From Gammaproteobacteria bacterium (GTDB lineage: Bacteria; Pseudomonadota; Gammaproteobacteria; UBA4575), in assembly GCA_965243395.1 (NCBI GenBank), contig CBDEUS010000001.1:1-64000 (forward strand): a stretch of 64,000 bases of DNA, read 5' to 3'. How positions within the stretch are numbered: position 1 is the stretch's first letter; each line of letters begins with the position of its first letter. Both the position numbers and the translations under genes were made by a program. The notes under the pieces are model-generated. The model saw only the letters and a program-made list of their open reading frames with translations, did not search any database and was not told the DNA's origin. This document shows, in pieces, positions 12,301 through 19,710 of this stretch.

Positions 12301-15112
12301 AGAGCAACATTTACCTATTGGCAAGCATCAAATGTTGGTTAAGGTAACCGATAACAGAAATATCGATTTTGAGCGCAATATAGATGTAGACGTAACTGGA
12401 AAATATATGTTCATGGTTGGTTTAGCAAACTTGACTGTGGGTGAGAATAGTTTATCTGGAAGTGTAGAGCCACTCGGTGATGATGATCATTTTGATGAAG
12501 ATGTATGGGTAGATGGAAGAGTTGCTTTCTACTTAAAAGGTAAAATTAAAGGTAAGTATTTAGTTACTGCACAACTAGATACAACTGAAGATGAATTACA
12601 CAACTTGGGTGATCGCTTAGAAGAAGAGGACCCATCCGCAATCTTCCGTCGTCTCGATCCTGACCAGTTCTATGCAGTGTATGGTGATGACTCAACTACG
12701 ATTGATGATACCGACAGCCAAGGAGCATTCTATTTACGCGTGGATTGGGATAAAAGCATGGCATTGTGGGGTAATTACAATACTGATCTCACGGGCACAG
12801 AGTTTGCGCAATACAACCGCAGTTTATATGGCGCCAAATTAGAACATCGCAATGTTGATGTTACTAAGTTTGGTGAGCATAAGCATGAAGTACATGTATT
12901 TGGAAGCGAAGCACAAACTGCGGCAGCACATAACGAGTTTATTTCTACAGGTGGTTCGCTTTACTACTTGCGTGATCGTGACATAGTGCAAGGCTCGGAT
13001 AAAGTCTGGGTCGAAGTACGTACACGTGACAGTGAACAAATTGTCGAGACTATCACGCTTGAACACGGTAGGGACTATGACATTGATTATATTCAAGGTC
13101 GCATCATTCTCACCCGTCCGTTAACACAATTTGATTTTGGTTCAGGCCCTACAATTATTAAAGATACACCTTTGGACGGTAATGATGTGTTCTTACTCGT
13201 AGATTATGAGTACCTTCCAGATTCGTTCAGTGCAGATGATGTTACTTCTGGTGCGCGCGGTAAAGCCTGGTTGAATGACTATATTGCCTTGGGTGGAACT
13301 TATGTTAACGAAGATCGTGATGGTGTTGATTATGAGCTGAAAGGCACTGATGTCACCTTGCAGGCAGGTAAAGGAACTTATTTGCGCCTTGAATTTGCTG
13401 AATCTGATGCAAAACAAGCCGACAATAATTTTATTTCTGCGAATGGCGGACTTAGTTTCTCAAAACAGAATTCATCAGACGATGAACCAGATGGTGAAGC
13501 AAAAGGTATCGAAGCACGTATCAATTTTGCAGAATTAAGTGATCATGAGGGTTATGTATTAGGTTGGTGGAAAGATCGTGACGCAGGATTCTCATCTGCA
13601 GCACGTTTGGATGACGGGATTGAAACAATAGATACAGGTATCGAAGCACAATGGCAAGCTACTGAGCGATTAGATCTTACAACACGTGCAACAAAACTGG
13701 ATAAGAAAACTCAAAGTGAGTTTAGTGCTGTCAGCGTGCAAGGAAATTACGATGTAAATGACAAGCTTAATGTTGGACTAGAGTTGCGACACGAAAACGA
13801 AGAGGATGATGTATTAAATGAAGAAGGTGATGCGACCTTAGCTGGTGCAGAAATTCGTTATGATTTGACGGATCATACTGAAGTATATACAAGCGGACAG
13901 TTTGTAATCGAGGATAGCGGTGATTATGAAAGTAATGCGCTAGGCACAGTGGGTATACAACAACAAGTAAGTGAGCGGTTGGCACTTAAAGGCGAGCTTG
14001 CCACAGGTGATCGTGGAGATGCTGTGATACTAGGCATGGAATACGATGTCACGCCAAACATGAATATTAGTCTTGATGCAGGGTTTGGTAGTGGTGCGAC
14101 CAGTCAAATTGGTACTAATTACACGACTGCTAGTGGACTAGATTTATACGGTAGTTATGCGACTGATCCTGATCGTACGGATAGTGGTGAATCTATATTT
14201 ACTTTTGGAACACGCAAACGTTATGGAAATGGTCTTCATTTATATAGCGAGAACCAGTTTGGTGAAGGAGAAAATGTACAAAGTGTTGCGCGCACATATG
14301 GGTTGGATTTTGACTTAACCGAGCAATGGCGTTTATCTGCATCTGTACAAAAGAATGATATTGATGATGATTTAGGTGATATTGATCGTCGTGCTGCAAC
14401 ATTGGGCGCAAATTATTATGGAGACGATCTTAAGCTTGGTTCAGTACTTGAGTATCGTGAAGATTCCAATGCTCAAACTAACGAAGATGCTACACAATGG
14501 GTAACCACAAACACAATTGAATGGCAGCAAAGTGAAAGTTTACGTTGGTTAGGTAAAGCAGATCTTTCAACTACACATAGTGATGAAAACAAAGGTGACG
14601 AAGCTAGATATGTCGAACTTGATTTAGGTTTTGCTTATCGTCCCGCTTTCAATGATCGATTAAACATTCTTGGGAAATATACATTTATTTATGATCTGGC
14701 AAGCAGTGGGCAGGATACTTCACTGGCCGACCAACGCAGTCATGTATTTGCATTGGAAAGTATTTACGATCTTACACAAAAATGGGAAGTAGGCGCCAAG
14801 ATTGCCTATAAGACTGGTGACACACGTGTCACAAGGGGATCAGGACCATGGTTTGAAACCGGTGCACATTTGGCAGTTGCGCGTGCGCGCTATCACATGC
14901 TTAAGAAATGGGATGCATTATTTGAATATCGTTGGTTAGAAACCGAAGAACAAGATGATAATAAAGATGGCGCATTAGTAGGCGTGTATCGACATGTCGG
15001 TAAACACATGAAAGTAGGTACTGGCTATAACTTTACTGACTTCAGTGATGATTTAACCGATAACGATTACGACTCTCACGGCTGGTTCTTTGACATTACG
15101 GGTAAGTATTAA
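2..15112 (+). CDS. Giant surface adhesin-like protein (5'-truncated): >=24 DUF11/Ig-like repeats, further Ig-like domains, OmpA-like domain, C-terminal outer-membrane beta-barrel
   Basis: Frame is open from position 2 (CCG AAC AAC...), so GTG at 56 is not the real start. 129-aa repeat [46 protein letters not shown] is DUF11-like. OmpA motif IYFNSGKA...VVGHAD...GLARARA...[15 protein letters not shown] lies at ~11290-11625. C-terminal part has amphipathic beta-strands and ends FFDITGKY. Confidence 0.9.
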   Translation, partial: [5036 protein letters not shown]

Positions 15113-15123
15113 GGAAATTATCC

Positions 15124-17745
15124 GTGAACAATATTAGGATCAAAAAGATATTAAAGAAATATTATTACCTATTTGGTTTCGTGTTAATCATGCCAAGTCT
15201 TGCCAGCTCGGCAGTGTTAGATTGGGATGTAAACAATTGGCCACTACCTTCACTGGCTCAAAGTTATAATGTTGGTGGAAGTAATATCAACATTACAATT
15301 TCTGGAAACACAGCGCAGTTAAATACTACAGGTAATCCAGCTTCTCCTGAAACCAGTCAGTATTTAACAGGAGGAACTGTAAACGAAGATGCATTATTTA
15401 TACGTACAGATTTTGTTAATACTAGTCAAAACATAACACTCACACTGGATTTCACGCATCCTGGTGGCGTAAGCGATTTAAGTTTTACTGTATGGGATGT
15501 TGATGCAGACATACCACAATGGAATGATCGTTTACAAGTCACTGCTGTTGCAGGCGGTGTAACCGTTAACCCTTCGAGCATTTCGGATGGTATTACTAAC
15601 AGTCCAATTGGTGCAAATGGTTCAATAGGTGATCCCGCAGATAATAATAATGCTGCTAATGCATCATCTGATGGTAATGTAACTTTTACTTTTAACCAAA
15701 CAGTTATCACTCAATTAACTATTGTTTATACAAATGCCACAACAGGCACACCGGGGAATCAATGGATATCATTGCATGATTTAACCTTCGATGTTGCACC
15801 TACCATTACAAAATCATTTAGCCCAGACACCATGACAGTGGGAGATGTTAGTACACTTACAATCAATCTAGGAAATAATGACACTAATACTGCTACATTA
15901 AGTTCTAACTTGGTTGACAATTTACCTGCTGGTGTCACGGTAGCAAATCCTGCAAATATTGGCGGCACATGTACAGGAACAGTGAATGCACCAGCAGGCG
16001 GAGGATCAATTACATATACGAGTGGTTCTACAATTCCTGCGGGTGGTTGTACCATCACAGTAGATGTCACGACTTCAGCAGTTGGTACAGTTACAAACAC
16101 AATAGCTGCAAATGCGTTACAAACAGACTTAGGAAATAATTTTGTTGCAGCAAGTGACGACTTGACTTCAAATGCAGTCGTAGCACCTACAGTAGTAAAA
16201 ACTTTTAGTCCTGACTCGATCAATGTAAATGGCGTCAGCACACTAACAATTACTTTGGGAAATACAAATACTCTTGACGCAACTTTGGGTGCACCATTAG
16301 TAGATACATTACCAACAGCAGGAAATAGTGATGTTGTAGTTGCAGCAACACCTAATATAGGTGGCACTTGCAATAGTGCAAATGTCTCTGCAGTTGCAGG
16401 TTCAACTTCTATTACTTATGCAAGCGGCGCAATCATACCTGCAGGTGGATGCACAATAATAGTGGATGTAACTTCATCTAATGTGGGTGCATTTACTAAC
16501 ACCATACCAGTCGCGGCCTTGCAAACCGATTTAGGTAATAGCAGTACAGCCGCATCAGATACTTTAACTGTTAATTCGACATCACCGCCAACAATTTCAA
16601 AAGCATTTAGTCCAAATGCCATAAATGCAGGTGGATCAAGTCAACTTACAATTACACTTGGCAACACTAATGCCGCTGCAATTACGCTGACCGCTAACAT
16701 GGATGATAATTTACCAGCTGGAGTTACTGTTACTTCCGTAAGTGGGTCTTCAACTTGTCCGGGTACTATAGATATAAGTACTAATACACGCGTTCGTTAT
16801 GTTAATGGTTCAAGTATACCAAGTGGTGGTTGCAATATAATTGTTAATGTAACTTCTAGTACACTTGGAGTTGTTACAAATACAATTTTTGTTGGCGCAC
16901 TGCAAACAAATGTTGGTAGTAATTCAAGTTCAGCCAGTGATAATTTAACCGTCAATGCGGGTGGCGGTTCGCCAACATGTCCCGCAGGTACAACATTGGT
17001 AACACTTGGCACACCACGAAATGCTGATACAAGTGCAGCGGGGACCTCAGCAGGGATTTTGCGAGAAGCACAAGCGTATGGACCGATTGAAGCACTTGGC
17101 ACAAATATTCAGAGTACTTCAACAGCGGCACGTTTACGTTCAACAGAGCCAACCTTGGTCTTAGATTTAACCGATACGGTTCCTGAAAATGCAACCATAA
17201 TTCTTTCTATTGCACGAAATAATAACAGTGGAAACTATGATATCGATAGCTCATCTGACAATAGTAGCTTTGGTGGTTTAATAACGTTTAGTGCTGGTCC
17301 AAATGATCTTTCACAACAAATTAGTTATACCGTACCGAGCGGAGGTGCAAGGTATGTTCGTTTTGATCGCAATGGTGGAAGTTTATGGGTCGATGGTGTG
17401 CAGTATTCACAAATTTGTCAGCCAATTCCCCAAGCTGACTTATCTATAACGAAAACGGATAGCAGCGCAACGTATACACCGGGTGGAACGGGGACATATG
17501 TAATTACCGTCACCAATAATGGCCCAGATGCGGTCACTGGAACAACCATTCAAGATCTTTTACCAAATGGGGTGACTTTATCTGCGCAATGGACCTGCTC
17601 TGCAAGTGCAGGTTCAGCTTGCAGCGCTGCAAGTGGTGGTGTAGTAGGGGGCAGTACGGTTTCACTAACTGCAAATATTATTAATGGCGGTGTTATTACT
17701 ATAAATGTACCGGTGCAATTTTCTGCAAACATGAGTGATTACTAA
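15124..17745 (+). CDS. Secreted Ig-like/DUF11 domain protein (873 aa)
   Basis: N-terminal signal peptide; three internal 'PT.KxFSP...LTIxLGN...PxGGC' repeats; C-terminal DUF11 domain ADLSITKTD...NNGPD. Confidence 0.85.
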   Translation: [873 protein letters not shown]

Positions 17746-17836
17746 AAGAATGAAATGGCAAAACTGTTGAAAAGCAGTGGCGCAAAGTTACTGGTCTACG
17801 GAATAATTTTTTCTAAGATCGCAGGGCTACCAAACA

Positions 17837-19603
17837 ATGATAGTAAAAATTAGAAATTTAGTACTCTTAATAATTGCTTTATTTGTAAGTAGTAATTCAG
17901 TTTACTCAGGCGGCTTTTTTGAAACAGGTACAGTTAGTTTAAATGATACGATTGATGGCGGCACTTGGATTACTGTCAATTTAACTAAAACTTATGTTAA
18001 TCCTGTTGTAGTGGCTGGTCCCATTACACATAACAATGATCTTACTTTGGTGCCGCGTGTACGCAATGTCACATCCACGACTTTTCAAATTGGCATGCAA
18101 AGTCCTTGTGAAAATGCTGGAAGTATTGATCCTCCTGCTGGCCCTTGCCCTCCTGTAGGAGGTTGGGTATCTGAAGATCTGGATTATTGGGTGATGGAAG
18201 AAGGCGCATGGGAATTTCCTGATGGACAAGAAGTGGAAGCAGATATTGAGAATACAAGTGTTGTGCGTGCAGGTGCGGGTGGAAATTCGGGCGCAACCAA
18301 TCAAGTAAACTTAACACACACTTATGCTACAAGCGGAGTCATCATCTATCACACTGTAAACACATTTAATGATCCCAGTTTTATTACATCAACCGCAACA
18401 CGTGATGATAGTGTTGGTAATCCACCAACACCAACACCCGCAGATAATGATTTTAGTTTGGTACTAGAAGGTATGGAGGTGAATTCAACTCATGGCGCAG
18501 AGGATATAGGTTGGATTGCAATGGAGACAAGTAGCGGAACAAATGCAGGGTTTAGTTATGATGCAGGTAGAACTGGAGAAGATGTAGATCGTCATAGTGA
18601 TGGTTGTTTCGCACGCGGACCGACAGGCATAACAACAGAAAATATTATTAGTAATGTAAATACAATGAATGGAAACAATGGTTCGGAAGTGCGTTTTTGC
18701 TCGCCCGGAAGTCCAGGTCGAATTAACGTTCATATGGACGAAGATCAAGTGAACGATGATGAGCGCACAGGAATTCCTGAAGCGGTTACTTGGTTTGTGT
18801 ATGACCATGGTGGGTTTGGAGCATTAGATTTTATTACTGGTACAAAAACAGTCGTGGATGATAACGGTGGAACTGTGTTACCCGGAGATTTTTTAACATA
18901 CACCGTTAGTCTTGCTAATGAGCTTAATGATTTCGCACAAGCAAATAATGCATCGAATGAATTTGAAGATACTTTAGATAGTCGAGTTACTTTTGACTCG
19001 ATTGTTTCAACATCTTCTGGGGCCCTTGTTCATAACAGTGGTGTTATGCAATGGAATGGCGCAATTCCCGCTTCTGGAACTGTAACATTACAATATCGTG
19101 TACAAGTGAATGATGACGTATGTGGAAATGGTGGAACCATCTCTAATCAAGGCACAATATTTATGGATGCAAGTGGGGATGGAGTCAATTCAATCACTGA
19201 AGTGACTGATGATCCAAGCGTAAGTATTGCAGGTGATATCGATGCAGATAACTTAGTGGATGATGATGATCCAACTGAGATCACTATTGATTGCACTGCA
19301 GATTTGCAAATAACAAAAGATGATGGCTCGCTAACTTACACACCAGGCACAACAGCAACGTATCAAATTCAAGTGAGTAATTCAGGGCCCGCCCGTGTTT
19401 CAGGGGCGACGATTTCTGATGATCTTCCAGATGGGGTGACTATGACATCGGCTTGGACATGCACGCCTTCATCAGTCAATTCAAGTTGCAATACGGTTCC
19501 AAGTACTTCCGACCCGATTTCGATCAGTGTCGACATTGCCAGCGGAGATACGATTATCATAGATGTCCCTGTGCAGTTTTCGAGTAATATGGGAGATTAT
19601 TAA
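17837..19603 (+). CDS. Secreted DUF11 domain protein with a probable lectin-like N-terminal region (588 aa)
   Basis: Signal peptide. N-terminus WITVNLTKTYVNPVVVAG...RVRNVTSTTFQI resembles H-type-lectin-like beta domains (inference). Two DUF11-like domains at the C-terminus. Confidence 0.8.
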   Translation: MIVKIRNLVLLIIALFVSSNSVYSGGFFETGTVSLNDTIDGGTWITVNLTKTYVNPVVVAGPITHNNDLTLVPRVRNVTSTTFQIGMQSPCENAGSIDPPAGPCPPVGGWVSEDLDYWVMEEGAWEFPDGQEVEADIENTSVVRAGAGGNSGATNQVNLTHTYATSGVIIYHTVNTFNDPSFITSTATRDDSVGNPPTPTPADNDFSLVLEGMEVNSTHGAEDIGWIAMETSSGTNAGFSYDAGRTGEDVDRHSDGCFARGPTGITTENIISNVNTMNGNNGSEVRFCSPGSPGRINVHMDEDQVNDDERTGIPEAVTWFVYDHGGFGALDFITGTKTVVDDNGGTVLPGDFLTYTVSLANELNDFAQANNASNEFEDTLDSRVTFDSIVSTSSGALVHNSGVMQWNGAIPASGTVTLQYRVQVNDDVCGNGGTISNQGTIFMDASGDGVNSITEVTDDPSVSIAGDIDADNLVDDDDPTEITIDCTADLQITKDDGSLTYTPGTTATYQIQVSNSGPARVSGATISDDLPDGVTMTSAWTCTPSSVNSSCNTVPSTSDPISISVDIASGDTIIIDVPVQFSSNMGDY

Positions 19604-19710
19604 GCTCCTCTCCATTTATTGCTGTTGCCCTCGCCTGGGTTCTATTTCACAATAGCGACCCCATTATTGGTGACCAGAGTAGCGTCACATATATATAAGT
19701 ATAAAAAGAG

